From Octopus vulgaris (lineage: Eukaryota), in NCBI GenBank assembly GCA_951406725.2, contig OX597817.1:1426001-1490000 (forward strand): a stretch of DNA of 64,000 nt. Reading direction: 5' to 3'. Made by a program: the position numbers and the translations under genes. Positions 1 to 13,049 of this stretch are shown here, in pieces (positions within the stretch are counted from its first letter, which is position 1; each line of letters begins with the position of its first letter). A model generated the notes under the pieces. That model was given only the letters and a program-made list of their open reading frames with translations. It was not told the origin of the DNA and searched no databases.

Positions 1-729
1 TGTCAGATACTTTCACTTTAACAATAAAAAATAGCGATAATAATAACAATTGAATTATATGTAGTAAGTAGTAATTAAAATAAAACTAAAGTATAATATA
101 ATCGTAACATAACAAAAGTAAAAATAGCAATTGGTATAAAATTGCGTCAATGACTTGAACTTGAATAAGTGGTTTCACATGAATGAGAATAAATTAAAAA
201 TAAAATTAGCGTGCAGAAATGGAATAGTCCAGATGGAGGTGTGCAATACCCTTTACCACGGCTTTTACATTAGATTATCTGCTAATTAGCTGGCATTAAG
301 TATCTATATGAAGTTTGGCTGTATGTAATGTCTGTTTTCTCGAAAAGCGCTTCTACTGAGTACTGTTATTATTATTACTGTTTAACTATTGTTATCATGT
401 TTGTTGTTTCCTTGTAAGGGAAACGTTGTTGTGTTGCATTTGTTAAATAATTGTAAACTATAACCCTCCCCCTTTGGGAGAAGGGGCTTTGGTTAGTGTT
501 TAAAACTTGAATTGTGTCCCTGTTTGGGGAAATTGACAATATTTTCACCGTTTACACGGAAGCATTTTTGTTAGAATGCCTTCGATAGAAGAAAGTCCAA
601 AAATGAATTTCGCTGTAGCCGAACTCATTAAAATTAAAATGGAAGAAATACAAACCTATTTCGGACTGATCACCAACAAAGACAGTGAATCTAGGATAAC
701 ACCACCAAACGAAATGAAAAATTAAATTA

Positions 730-1030
730 AAGAAAAGACTATTGTCTATAAAGTATACAATGTAGAGAAAAAAAAGATTTGAACACCTGGAGGAAAGCAC
801 CATCGAAAAGTGTCTTGGTGCGACTATGAAAGATATCTAACCAGAGGCGGTAAATTCGCCACAATAGAAGCAAGGTTCGAGTCAACGGAGCGTGCAAGGG
901 AGTACTCGACTCGAACCTTGCAAAGTGGAAATATTTTATTTTTACCTTTATATCTGGGACATAGGACGTCTCGGATAAAAATTAAATTTCCCCCCAGAAG
1001 TAGAGGTAGGCTGGATTGTAGCCACACTTC
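730..1030 (+). mobile_element. Decayed coding remnant, possibly non-LTR retrotransposon ORF1-like
   Basis: Frameshifted, non-repetitive, protein-like reading (KTIVYKVYNV...RYLTRGGKFATIEARFESTERAREYSTRTLQSGNILFLPLYLGHRTSRIKI); no diagnostic motif, so the class is a guess. Confidence 0.25.
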
Positions 1031-2388
1031 TAAACAAGAGGGAGGACAAGATACAATTGATACAATTCCAGTCTGTTATATATTTTCACTATTGTTATCA
1101 CTAGCGATATCAAGATATAACCTTGTATTTTGTATTTTATGTGTAGATGTATATATAGATGTACATGTAATATGTACACATATATACATGCACTAGCACT
1201 ATGACACGGCAACGACGGGTCATAATGCTAGTAGCCTATACAGGGATGAAGAGTAGTCTGGACAAGTGCTCCGCAACCTTTTTTTAATTTGCGGTACATA
1301 TATCTTTTTAGAAATCGGCAGCACACCTGAACTAAAAGTACGGTGACTGGAAAAGCATAAGAGAGGTAATCTCTTAATTCATCTTGTGTTGTCTCCCTAG
1401 TATCTGTCACCGATGAGGTGATAACTACTCCGAAATGCTAGTATTTCACTATCTAGGTAGATGGCGCTGAGAACCGATCCAGGTGTATACACACCATTTG
1501 TCAAAACGCAGTGGGTAGCTTGTTCCTCAGTTCGAACGTGCATCAAGCATATTCGGAATGATAGTAACGCTGCAATAACTAAAAGTATAGGGGAAAAATT
1601 ATATTCAGGTTACACTGTGGCACCCCTAGCATCGTCTCATGGCACGCGAGTGTGCCACGTCATATCGATTGCGGAACACTGGTCTAGAAAGTGCTGCCGT
1701 TATAAAAACGTTATATATGGTGTTTGTATATGAGTTTCCGTATATAATGATATGTGTCTGTATATATGTCCCTAAAGTTAGCGGTGCTAAACAAAATTTG
1801 TTTAAGCAAAAACTGGAGTGGACTACAAATCCTTCGAGACGCTACTCCAGCTTGGCTGCAGCTAATGAATGAAACAAGGAAAATAGTTAAAAGTGACTTC
1901 TATACGCACACGTATATGCACGCAGATAGAGGCACTTTAAGGGAAATTAACACACAAACGTACAAATAACACATACAAACACATGACCCAAAAAATGATG
2001 CCTACATTGCCATATACATAGGCACACACACACGAACACGCACACACACATACACACACACACAGAAGTACGCATACACAGACCAACGCAGACAGGGCAC
2101 AGATGTTTGCAGTCAATCAGCTTGACCTTCGACCTCATACTTTGAAGATAGTGAGATCAAACATTTACGAATAAGGTTATAGATCAACCAGTTGCTTGTG
2201 ATAGGGAACTGAAGAAATTGATAGTAGTAGTAGTAGCAGAAGCAGGAGGAGGAGGAGTTTGAATTATCTTTTCATTATTAGCCACAAGGGTTCGAATATG
2301 AAGAAAAAATGCAAAAAAACGTTAAATAGGGAACTTACAAAGCCGTGACTTGTAAGACAGACAAATTATACATATCGTCCGTCTTTAC

Positions 2389-2590
2389 TTTCCCAATACA
2401 TGGATCCTAGAAAAACTAACCATGAACAAAGTAGCACCAATAGTCATAAAATATATAAAACATTCCACGAATAAATGGCGGGTAGCGCTACAGCTTCAGA
2501 CATAAGAGATACTCATAAAAGCCAAAGCCACCCCTATTAGAAGAGGAATATTCCAAGGAGACTCGCTCTCCCCACTCCTTTTCTGCTTGG
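2389..2590 (+). mobile_element. R4/Dong-clade LINE reverse transcriptase fragment
   Basis: Translates FPNTWILEKLTMNKVAPIVIKYIKHSTNKWRVALQLQT*EILIKAKATPIRRGIFQGDSLSPLLFCL; GIFQGDSLSPLLF is typical of R4-clade RT. Confidence 0.85.
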
Positions 2591-3011
2591 TATAAAAGAT
2601 GGGCAACAGGAAATGTTCTGCTCAATACCACGGATTTGCTTGTCAGTTGCTTGACCGTAACCAGTTGAGCATGTCCATTAATAGAGATCACGAGCGGAAG
2701 TAGTTGGGGAGCATGATAGCCATTTTGAGGAATTTTTGTGGGTTTTAATAATTCACCTCTGGAAATATGCATATTTCGTACATCATTCTCAAACAACCCT
2801 TATCCCAGGACCTTTTGGATGGGATGGGCTACTCGACCGGAAAAAAATTCTAACTGGGCTCCACCTGCAAGGTGAGACGTTTTCGCGCACATGTGGTTGT
2901 GATATATATGCCTGGTATGACCTTATCGGACGGGTAATCAAGACGGGTATAGTGGGCTTCGTATATCTGTACTCCGGTGTCACTCTCATGGCATGCATTG
3001 CTCTCTCACTC
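2587..3011 (+). mobile_element. Interspersed repeat (probable LINE 3' UTR/derivative) ending in (GAT/AAT)n, copy 1
   Basis: Colinear with 3762-4233; both end ...ctctctcactc followed by a trinucleotide tail. Confidence 0.7.
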
Positions 3012-3044
3012 GATGATGATGATGATGATGATAATGATAATAAA

Positions 3045-3103
<59 letters not shown>

Positions 3104-3112
3104 TAATAATAA

Positions 3113-3388
3113 TGGGGAATATGAAAGTTGTGGTCAATGAAGAGATAGACGTGATACCAATAGTAACTGATACCCTCAGGAGTATCATCACTCAACTCCC
3201 TACATGGTTGAAAAATATCGGAGCAAGTGAGAAGGTAGAAAACCTACAAAAATCATCATAGCTTGGAACTGCAAGAATTCTTCGCCGATTTCTTGAAGCA
3301 TGACCAGTAAACAAGTGTCACCTAAATCTGCTGGGTGTGGACAGCTGACACTTTCAATTATACTCAGGAAAACAAGCTGTGAGTTTTC

Positions 3389-3389
<1 letters not shown>
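3113..3389 (+). mobile_element. R4/Dong LINE 3' end (C-terminus of restriction-like endonuclease plus 3' UTR)
   Basis: IDVIPIVTDTLRSIITQLPTWLKNIGASEKVENLQKSS*LGTARILRRFLEA* matches the R4-type C-terminus (VIPIVIGALG...LQK..LLGTARILR); flanked by (TAA)n. Confidence 0.85.
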
Positions 3390-3454
<65 letters not shown>

Positions 3455-3600
3455 ATAATACACTGCACACATCCTACGCAGAACACTTTCCATACAATAA
3501 CCATCAGAGCATCACAACAAACCACAGCACATACCCAAGGCACACAGAGCTGCGCTCGGTAGTGAAGTGAAAGCACGCTATAAAAATAAAAATAAAACTA

Positions 3601-3605
<5 letters not shown>
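3455..3605 (+). mobile_element. Second R4/Dong subfamily 3' end
   Basis: TAHILRRTLSIQ* followed by a different 3' UTR and (TAA)n. Confidence 0.75.
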
Positions 3606-3678
<73 letters not shown>

Positions 3679-3679
<1 letters not shown>

Positions 3680-4233
3680 GACCTGATGAAGTACCAGGCA
3701 GTGGCTCTCATGGCTTCTGATCTTAACTGATTGGAAGTGTTATCATGTACATTGTTTTGTCTTGGTATAAAAGATGGGCTACAGCAAATATTCTGCTCAA
3801 TACCACAGATTTGCTTGTCAGTTGTTTGACCATAACCAGTTGAATATGTCCCTTGGTGGCTGACGATATGTGCATCTCTGATCACGAGCAGAAGTAGTCG
3901 GGGAGCATCATAGCCATGTGTTGAGAGGGATTCTTTGGGGTTTGAATAGTTCACCTCTGGAAATATGGGTGGTTCTTTCTACATCCTTAAGCAACCCTTA
4001 TTCAGGGACCTTTTGAGCGGGATGGGTTACTCAACCTGAAGAAAATTCTAACTGGGCCCCACCTGCAAGGTCATGTGCTGTTTATCTTGATATGAGATCA
4101 CCATGTCGCGCACATATGGTTGTGATGCATGTGCCTGGTGTACCTTTATCAGACGGGTAGTCATGATGGGTATATTGGGCTTCGTATATTTTACCCCAGT
4201 GTCACTTTGATGGCATGCACTGCTCTCTCACTC
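3679..4233 (+). mobile_element. Interspersed repeat (probable LINE 3' UTR/derivative) in (TAA)n, copy 2
   Basis: Homologous to 2587-3011; (AAT)n on both sides. Confidence 0.7.
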
Positions 4234-4268
<35 letters not shown>

Positions 4269-4282
4269 TAATAATAGTTTCA

Positions 4283-4510
4283 ATTTTTGATTCAGGCCAG
4301 CAATTTTAGGAGACGGGAAAGTTGTTTACATCGACCCCAGTGTTCAGCTGATGCTTATCTTATCGACTTCGGAAGGATGAAATGCAAAATCGACCTCAGA
4401 ACTTCAAGCTCAACTCAGAACTCCAACTTTAAATCAGAACTTCCAGACGGACGAAATGCCGCTTGGTATTTCCACCGGCGTGCTAACCATTCTGCCAACT
4501 CGTCGTCTTA
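4283..4510 (-). mobile_element. tRNA-derived SINE, family A
   Basis: Reverse complement aligns with the well-preserved copy at 53902-54117; a second degenerate copy follows at about 4583-4812. Confidence 0.8.
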
Positions 4511-4512
4511 GT

Positions 4513-4549
<37 letters not shown>

Positions 4550-5727
4550 GTAAAAAAAAATAATAATAATAATAATAATAATAGTTTCTAATTTAGACGC
4601 ACGACCAACAGTTTTTTTTTTAGCGGAGAGGATTAGTAAATACCATCGTCCTCAGAACTAAGTAGCTATTTTATTTCCTCGGCCCCGGAAGAATGAATGC
4701 CATAGTTGACCCTGGGGGGATTTTAATTCAAAATGTAAGGATCCGGAAGGAATATCACACGGCATTTCCCCGTTTATTGCTAAACAAAATACAATTCTAC
4801 ACATTCGCCATTTATGAATAATGTTTGCAAGATAGATTATCTATTCCCCCAGAGTCGTACAAACATCGTATATCTTTCGAGTACTTCGGGTACCGTGATA
4901 AATTCTTTAGTCGCGCTTCGTTTAAGAGGTAAAGGTAAAGAGGAGAGACTCTCAAAACCCACTGTCTCCACGATAGCCTTCATTCAAAGAGCTTATCAAA
5001 GAGACGATGAAAGCCGACACACATCAACTCTGAGTTGAATCCCATATAACCACAACTATTGGAGTGAGAGAGGATCGCTGTTTTCTTTACTCTAGAATCT
5101 TTATTAACAGAAGGCACGGCAAACAGGTTTTGTACTTTCGTACAAAATTCTTCTTTACTTTGAGTAACACAATCTTCTTTGAGATCAGATTGCAGACACA
5201 ACATTCAAGAGTCATTTTCGCCCCAATACTAACACACTAGCATATTACTGGCTCTTTATAATGCTGATTATGCAGCGATGGCAGTTAGGAACGAACCGAC
5301 CGGATTTGAACGCAAAATAATAAAGAACAAGACTGCAATGAGGTCAGTGTTCTGCCGCTTCTGCTAAATCACTGCCGCTTTTATCATGATAAATAATAAA
5401 GATAACGACGAAAGACAACACGGACAGCAGTGACAAATAAAAGACCAACAACCACAATAGATTAAAAAAAAATACAATGCAAACAAAAAAAGCTGCAGCT
5501 GTGTAAATATCAAAGTAAAACGACGACGACAACAACAACAACGACAACAACGAAAATAGTTCTACAAAAACAACAATATGTGTGTGTATAGAAGTGCCGT
5601 GAGTCAAAGTCGATTTTGCTAAAATGCACGTGTATATACAGCATTGGTGACAAATGACAGAAATTATGTCTAAATTTCTCTATGCAAACGAGATAGCGAG
5701 CACGGAATGTGGGCCTGCTTTTGCTCA

Positions 5728-5731
5728 TCTG

Positions 5732-5791
<60 letters not shown>
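5728..5791. repeat. (TATC)n microsatellite
   Basis: Seen directly. Confidence 0.95.
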
Positions 5792-5792
<1 letters not shown>

Positions 5793-6263
5793 TTGTTTAT
5801 TTTTCTGTCTATGCACACACACACACACACGCGCGTTTGTATGTGACCATACACATTATCTATATCTGTACATATCTATGTTTATACATATTCATATATA
5901 TGCATACATACATATATACATACATATATGTGTGCGTGTGAGTATACGTATGTATGTGTGAGTATGCATGTATGTATCTACATAAGCATATAAGTACCCC
6001 TCTATGTGAGTATGTATGTACGCGAGTGTGTATATGATTGCGCATGAGTGTATATATGTGCGTGTATGAATAATAGTTCAAATGTTACTTATAAGATATC
6101 ACGCAGGTGGTATACAGGAAGCGAAACCCGTTGAAACAGGTCAACAAAAGTCTGTGTACAATCATATATGTCAATTTAATATTTCCTCCGTTCTTCTTTC
6201 TCTATCATACACACACACACACATATTATGTGTGTGTGTATGTATACCTCTATCTGCGAATGT

Positions 6264-6295
<32 letters not shown>

Positions 6296-6307
6296 GTATA
6301 CATACAT

Positions 6308-6366
<59 letters not shown>

Positions 6367-6377
6367 ACATACATACA

Positions 6378-6419
<42 letters not shown>

Positions 6420-6444
6420 CATACACATGTATATATATATTTTT

Positions 6445-6578
6445 CTTTTACTTGTTTCAGTCATTTGGCCGCGGCCATGCTGGAGCACGACCTTTAGTCG
6501 AACAAATCGACGCAAGGGCATATTCTTTGTAAGTTTACTACTTATTCTATCGTTATCTTTTGCCGAACCGTTAAGTTG
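6445..6578 (-). mobile_element. SINE family B, 3' part
   Basis: Reverse complement matches the 3' third of the full copy at 63516-63933. Confidence 0.8.
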
Positions 6579-7139
6579 AAGGAAAATACATATGCGACGC
6601 AGGTAATCTTAAACATGGTAATCTGATTGCTTACAAGGAGCAGTTAAGTACGGGAAAGATTGAGTTGTTTTATAGGGAGCAGTTATGGCGATAGGCATAT
6701 CAGAGTATATTTTTGCTGAAAAACGCTTAACTGGTCCAAAATAGTGTTAAATAATTCAAAAGGGTCTGCAATCCATATATTGCCATGAAAGAACTGATAA
6801 AGCCAATCTTTAACAAAGCATTGGAGTCCCATGCTATACAAGCAAAACATCACAAGCTTGGAACGGATCTCCCAGAATAAAATCTCTTATTTTTCAAAGC
6901 TCGATTTGATCCGACTTAATCCAGGACGTTACATACGGGAACATCTTGGTAGATAATAGCAAGCAAGATCATTGGGATTTGCATCAATAGCAGAGCTGGA
7001 GAGCCGAATCGAGGGAAAGCCATAATATCAACGAATGCAGGATCTACAAAATATTGATGCACAATTTCATTAATTTTGAATGGATGTTCATGAAGTTGTA
7101 AGTATTTAAACTGGCAATAGAGTAACTGTACTCTACTGA

Positions 7140-7179
<40 letters not shown>

Positions 7180-7182
7180 GTG

Positions 7183-7229
<47 letters not shown>

Positions 7230-7526
7230 TCATAATATAAAAGGGTAAATAATTAATTAGGGATAATTATCAATTACACCAAGTATATGTAAAGCCCCAT
7301 TCGAGGAAAATTTAAGTAATACTGTAATTAAGGTTTAGCAACGAATTGCCTCATTTATATCAAAGAGATAGCTATTCCTTCTACTAAAGATCCCTACTGA
7401 TCCCCTTTTAAGAAGGAATAGCTATATCTGACTATATTCGGTGTGTTGTGATAAAGATATATATGGGTATATTTATTGATGTACACACATCTATAATAAT
7501 AATAATTAAATGCATATCAATAGACA

Positions 7527-7753
7527 GGTGCAGGCGTGGCTGTGTGGTAAGAAGCTTGCTTCCCAACCACGCGGTTCTGGGTTCACTCCCAGTTTGTGGC
7601 ACTTTGGGTGTCTTCTACTATAGCCTAGGGTCGAATAAATCTTTGTGAGTGGATCTGGTAGACGGAAACTAAAAGAAGCCCGTCGTATATATATATTTAT
7701 ATTTCTGTGTCTGTTTGTCCCTTCACGCACCATCCCTTGACAACCGATGTTGG
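7527..7753 (+). mobile_element. SINE family B, 5' half (tRNA-like head)
   Basis: A-box-like TGGCTGTGTGG and B-box-like GGTTCACTCCC; colinear with 63516-63770. Confidence 0.85.
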
Positions 7754-7973
7754 AAACAGTTCCGCAACCATAGGATGAATTTGATCAAATAAAATGCTTA
7801 AATAGTCTTTACTATTAATTCTGCTATGAAGGGAAACCATCGGGCTGGCGAATTTCCAAGATATAGCCCCCCCACCACCACCAACAAATCATCACAGATC
7901 CTCCTCCATGTTTAACAGTTGGAAGAAGGCAGTCTGGGTCAAATGCTAATTTTAGCTGTCTCCACACATTGAC
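7751..7973 (-). mobile_element. Tc1-family transposase fragment
   Basis: Minus strand reads VNVWRQLKLAFDPDCLLPTVKHGGGSVMI...ISWKFASPMVSLHSRINSKDYLSILFDQIHPMVAELFP; PTVKHGGGSVM is a Tc1 hallmark. Confidence 0.85.
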
Positions 7974-7974
7974 T

Positions 7975-8623
7975 CAAATCTTCTCCCTTTGAGTGTTTTT
8001 TGAGCTTTGGAAATAACCAAAAGTCACGTGGTGCGAAGTCTGAGGAGTAGGAAACCTGACGAACAAGTGGTGTGTTTTGCTTGACAAGGAATGCGCGGAC
8101 GAAGTGGTTGGAATGAGAGGGTGTGTTGTCATGGTGGAGTTGTCAGTTCTTTGCTGCCCACAAGTCGGAACATTTTCGCCGCACAACTTCATGAAAGCGA
8201 CGAAGAACCCCCAGGTAGTATTCTTTGTTAATCGTCTGGCCATAACCTGGCTCACTGTCCACTGGGGTGCAGCTTTATTTGAACCGGTCGTAACACTCTT
8301 TTATTTGTGTTTTTTCCCATAACATCATCTCAAAAGGCCTTCTGAATCTTCTCAATAGTCTGGGCTTGCGTATCGCCAATTTTTGGCAGAATTTGACACA
8401 GTATCTTTGTTCCATGCGCTCGGTCAGCTTTACTCAAAAAGAAAAATCGCACGTCTGTCCTCAAAGAGTCACTTCGGGCGAATGGCGAAACTTACAGAGA
8501 CGAAATTTCGTGCGCATGCTCAGCAAGGACGCGGCCACCTAATACTTATTGTAATTTTGATCACGCATTATTATTTTGTGCTAAAACAATCAAGATCGCT
8601 TACTTTTTTTACTACACCTCGTA
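7975..8623 (-). mobile_element. Internally deleted mariner element remnant
   Basis: Minus strand HHDNTPSH...YSSDFAPRDFWLFPKLK (HDNA and YSPDLAPCD motifs); TIR-like end TA-CGAGGTGTAG at 8623. Confidence 0.85.
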
Positions 8624-10629
8624 TACGTATATGTATATATTTCCTCCCTCCTCATCTTCATTATGGAGAAAAAATGGATGTACCTACAGTAGAATGTCTA
8701 CGCAATACATCTCAACACACGTTGATGAGAATATTTGGCCGATGACTCCTGTATTTGCAGTTCAGAATTGGACACTGTACAGTCTTTCGGAGGAAGCGTA
8801 CTTTTCATTTCGTCTTTTCTCCGGGTTACAAAGGAAATTGAATAACAAAAGAATGGATCTTCTGCGTTAGAAATATAAAGACACAATAAACTATTTTGTC
8901 TATATCTGTTTTGCCCCCATATATTAACACAGTGCAATATGTTAATACAAAAGTGACGGAAGTCTGTTTGGGGTGTGAAGTTATGAGAGAGAACGGAAGT
9001 CACAAATGATGGAGAAAAGTTTCATTTTGTTTTGTTTTTCAATAATAGTGGTTAGCTTTGATAGGGTAAAAAGTATCTCTGTATATTAACTTCTCAGCTA
9101 TAATAATACCATTTTTGATCTTTATTTTATTTTTGTAATGCTATTTTCTAAGACATCCGTGTAAATGTCTCATTTCCGGTTTCCAATAATACATTTATTT
9201 ATAAATTTTATCATCTTCTCATCATATTGCAGAACATCCTATATCACTATTATTATGATCGCTGTTTTCAAACAAAACAAAGTAAAAATAAATGATTAAA
9301 TACAAGCGACACAGATGTCTCTTAATATTTTCCTAGACTCTATTTCGATATGCACACAAAAATATTTTCGTTTTAAGTTCCACAATCTGTAAACTCGTTG
9401 AAGTCAACAATAACTTCAGTATGCTGTTTACAATAAGGACAAATTGATGAATGTTTCGAATTTTTCTCCTCCTCGTAGACAATCTCAAGAATGGCTTCAT
9501 GTCACTAGAGAAACAATTAACACTATTTACCATAGGTTTCATGCCTCATTAAAAATCAATTCTCTCCTTCAATCAAAGTAATATAATCGCATACGATTAA
9601 TATGGTGGATGAAGCAAAACTTTTACCGACCTCATAAAGCATTTCTTCTCTGCCTTATATTATTTATTGTTTTCCGGCTTGCTTAGAGACACGAATGTTT
9701 GTGTCTCTAAGTGATGGGAACAGAGCACAATTAAAGTGACGGAAGTTTGTATAAAGTAAATAAAACTAGTAACATGTTATTGATAAAAGTGTTTACTAAC
9801 GATCAGACTTTAGATACAATCATAGGCATTCCCGCACAGGCATACACATGCATAATTATATGAATACCTCTCCATCACACATATATGAGAGCTTCAATAT
9901 AATTAGTTGTTTCATTTCACTTATTTGGACGTGAGGAGACGGTCGTTATAGGGCAATAATAATTAAGAAGTAAAATCGTAAACAATCTGTAAATTTCATT
10001 GTAATGACAAAAAGAAGGTTAAGGAATTTTAAAATTCCAAACACATATTCATATTTCGATCTTAAGTGGACCTTTTTGTGTGTTATCTTATTTCAGGTAA
10101 TTTAAGAGAATCGAGATAGATACACTTTTGTAACTAGGGAATATAGTTAGTGAATGAAAGAGGAGGATGGATAGAAAGAGTGAAGGAGAGAGAGGAGGAA
10201 GCGTATCAGACATGAGACACAGTTTTTCATATCACAGAAAATAAAGAAGAGACTGTTGTTATTACAATCGCCGGTTCCAACTCAAACTGACAAAAGAGAG
10301 TTAGTCTAAGAAATCAAGGACTCAACAAAGTGGTCACGCCATTAAAGAAAATTTTGAGTTCCTTTGGGCAATAGGAGAGATGTAGACACAAGTTATTAGC
10401 AGAACATTTTCCCCATCTCATCTTCAGCAGCGATAGACATATAGAGAAGCAGAAAGAGTAAAAAAATTTATGACTTTTAGATATACGAAACTAATATCTC
10501 CTTTTCATTTATACATAAATACACACGCATACACACTAACTTACTCACTTACACACTCGTGCACACACATATACATATACACACACGCAAACATAAACAC
10601 ACACAAATGTATGTGCGTGTCATACATAA

Positions 10630-11368
10630 ATATACCAACACCAGGAGACCTTAAACTAAGGCCCATTAGAGCTGGACCATCCTGTGAAACGCATCAGTTG
10701 AGTTACTTCATTCACAACTTCTTGAAATCACTTCTAAAAATACATTAAAAGTTACATTAGAGATTATTTGGCCATATTAAGCCATCCCACAAAAAGAGTA
10801 AAGGAAAAATATTTACGGTCTCTTTTGATTTGGCAAACCTGTATTCTGATATCTCCCCTAATTATGGATTAGTAGCAACTCAGTTCTGACTGGGAAAATA
10901 TCCAGAAGAAATACCGGGACGTATTAGCAAATAGTTCATAATTGAATCATTAAAATTTATTCTCCAGCAAAATCAGTTCATCTTTGACACCACTGCATAC
11001 CGACAAAAATTTGGAGTTGCGATGGTTACCAAGGCAGCTCCCGCTCTTGTAAACCTGACAATGGGCTATTTGGAACAAACGGTGTATAAGGAGTCACTCA
11101 CAAAATTCGGAAATTCCCTTTCCCAATGCATAAAGGAAAACTGGAAAAGATATTTGGATGAATGTTTTATTCTATGGAATGAAAACATGGAGAAACTTTT
11201 AGAATTCAAAAGACTTCTCGATAACATAAAAACAAATATAGAATTCACAATGGAACACAATATATGCTGGATATGCGAATCAAAAAAGTAAATAAAAAAT
11301 AGAAACCGACATATTTTACAGAACTACAGACTCGAAACAATACCTTATATTTAGCTCATGCCACCTGA

Positions 11369-11370
<2 letters not shown>
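10630..11370 (+). mobile_element. Penelope-like element RT remnant
   Basis: LKLRPI...; GVAMVTKAAPALVNLTMGYLE; WKRYLDECFILW; NIEFTMEH are PLE RT motifs; near-colinear with 44300-44905. Confidence 0.88.
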
Positions 11371-11418
<48 letters not shown>

Positions 11419-11474
11419 CACACACATACATATATATATATATTATATATATATATATACACACATATATACAT

Positions 11475-12061
11475 ATTGTCAAGAAGGCCGAGGGTGTCTT
11501 GGCATCACTCAGCAAGACTGTTGTTAGCCGCTCTCCAGCCATCTACTTAAAAACTGTATACAGCTATGGTACGACCACACTTGGAATTCGCATCATCAGT
11601 TTGGAACCCCTATCTTGCTCAGAACATTGACCTCCTGGAATCTGTCCAGAGACGTGCAACCAAACGCATACCCTCCATCAGACACCTACCATATTCTGAG
11701 CGCCTTGTTTCCCTGGGCATGGATTCACTGAAGCTCCGGCGTCTGGCGACGGACTTGGTAAACACCCTCAAGGTTATCAACCATCTCACCAACAACAACA
11801 CTGAACACCTTTTTGATCTTCATGTGTCTAACACACGTGGACATGCCTACAAAGTCAGAAAACAACACAGCTCCCATGACTTTCGGAAACATTTCTTCAC
11901 GCTCAGAGTTGCTGAAGCATGGAACAAACTGCCTGCGTCAGTTGTTGACTGCCATGACACTGCATCCTTTAAGGCCCTCATGCTCCCCGAAATCCGTCGA
12001 AACTACACCTGATTATATATACACTTTAGATGAGTTGTAGTGCACCTGAGCACTGTACACA

Positions 12062-12096
<35 letters not shown>

Positions 12097-12108
12097 TATT
12101 ATTATTAT
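11475..12108 (+). mobile_element. 5'-truncated CR1/L2-like LINE (RT C-terminus, 3' UTR, (ATT)n tail)
   Basis: VRPHLEFASSVWNPY...LESVQRRATK...TRGH...FFTLRVAEAWNKLP; one frameshift near 11550; tail 12061-12108. Confidence 0.9.
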
Positions 12109-12156
<48 letters not shown>

Positions 12157-13049
12157 CATTATAGCTGCTTCCCGACCCAATATTGTGCTACATTTGAAAG
12201 CGATTATGTTATTCTCCAGTTACACACATGCATAGGTATGCACGCGCACATGCACAAACATACACACACTCATACACACACACACACATATATGTTTATA
12301 TGTGCACACACATACACACACACGCGCCCACACAAACAGAAACTGACTCACAAAACACAAAACACTCAAATGATTATTTTCTCATTTGTTTGTATGTCTT
12401 GATTGGTTCCATAAATATTTTTTGGTCATTTCCGTACAATCATTTAACCGTTGGTATTGACGCATGAAACATTATAGTTGTGGCTTGTGATATCTTTCAC
12501 ATATATTTATTTCAGTTTCTTGTCAGATCGTCGACAAACATTATCTCGAGGACGATATCCAACGTCAATTGTTACGCGTCAAATCAAATATTCACGTCGT
12601 CTACTTCTGTTTATTCACTTTCTATGAGGTTGTTTTTACACGCCAATTCCATTCAGAGATTATCAATTTACGTATCTAGCTATGTATCTATATGAATACA
12701 TATGTGTTTCTATGTACGTATCTATCTATGTTTGCGTGCATATATATATATATAAACATATACACACACATCCATATTTGTGCTTGTGTGTATGCATTTC
12801 TATACATATGTATGTGTATATACACAGACCTCCCACACACACTCACACACACCACACATTCACTCACACAGATACGCACATACATACATGCACACGCGTA
12901 CACACACACACACACAGTCACTCACACATATACACACATACACACATGCACACGCGTACACACACACACAGAGTATGAATCGGATTCCATACTACTTCAA
13001 ATTTCGTAGGCTTTAACAGAGCCTTTCGCGTCAGGCTGGAATCTCGCTA

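Larger units (their letters stand above)
3012..4583. repeat. Series of (AAT)n tracts separating LINE 3' ends and SINEs
   Basis: (AAT)n at about 3012-3112, 3390-3453, 3605-3678, 4234-4275 and 4514-4583. Confidence 0.95.

Noticed and set aside
1405-1445. CCGATGAG...CCGAAA hammerhead-like words
   Set aside because: Core is mutated and stem I cannot be formed
10399-10431. Minus-strand CUGAAGA...GAAA upstream of a PLE remnant
   Set aside because: No stem II pairing; only the position is suggestive
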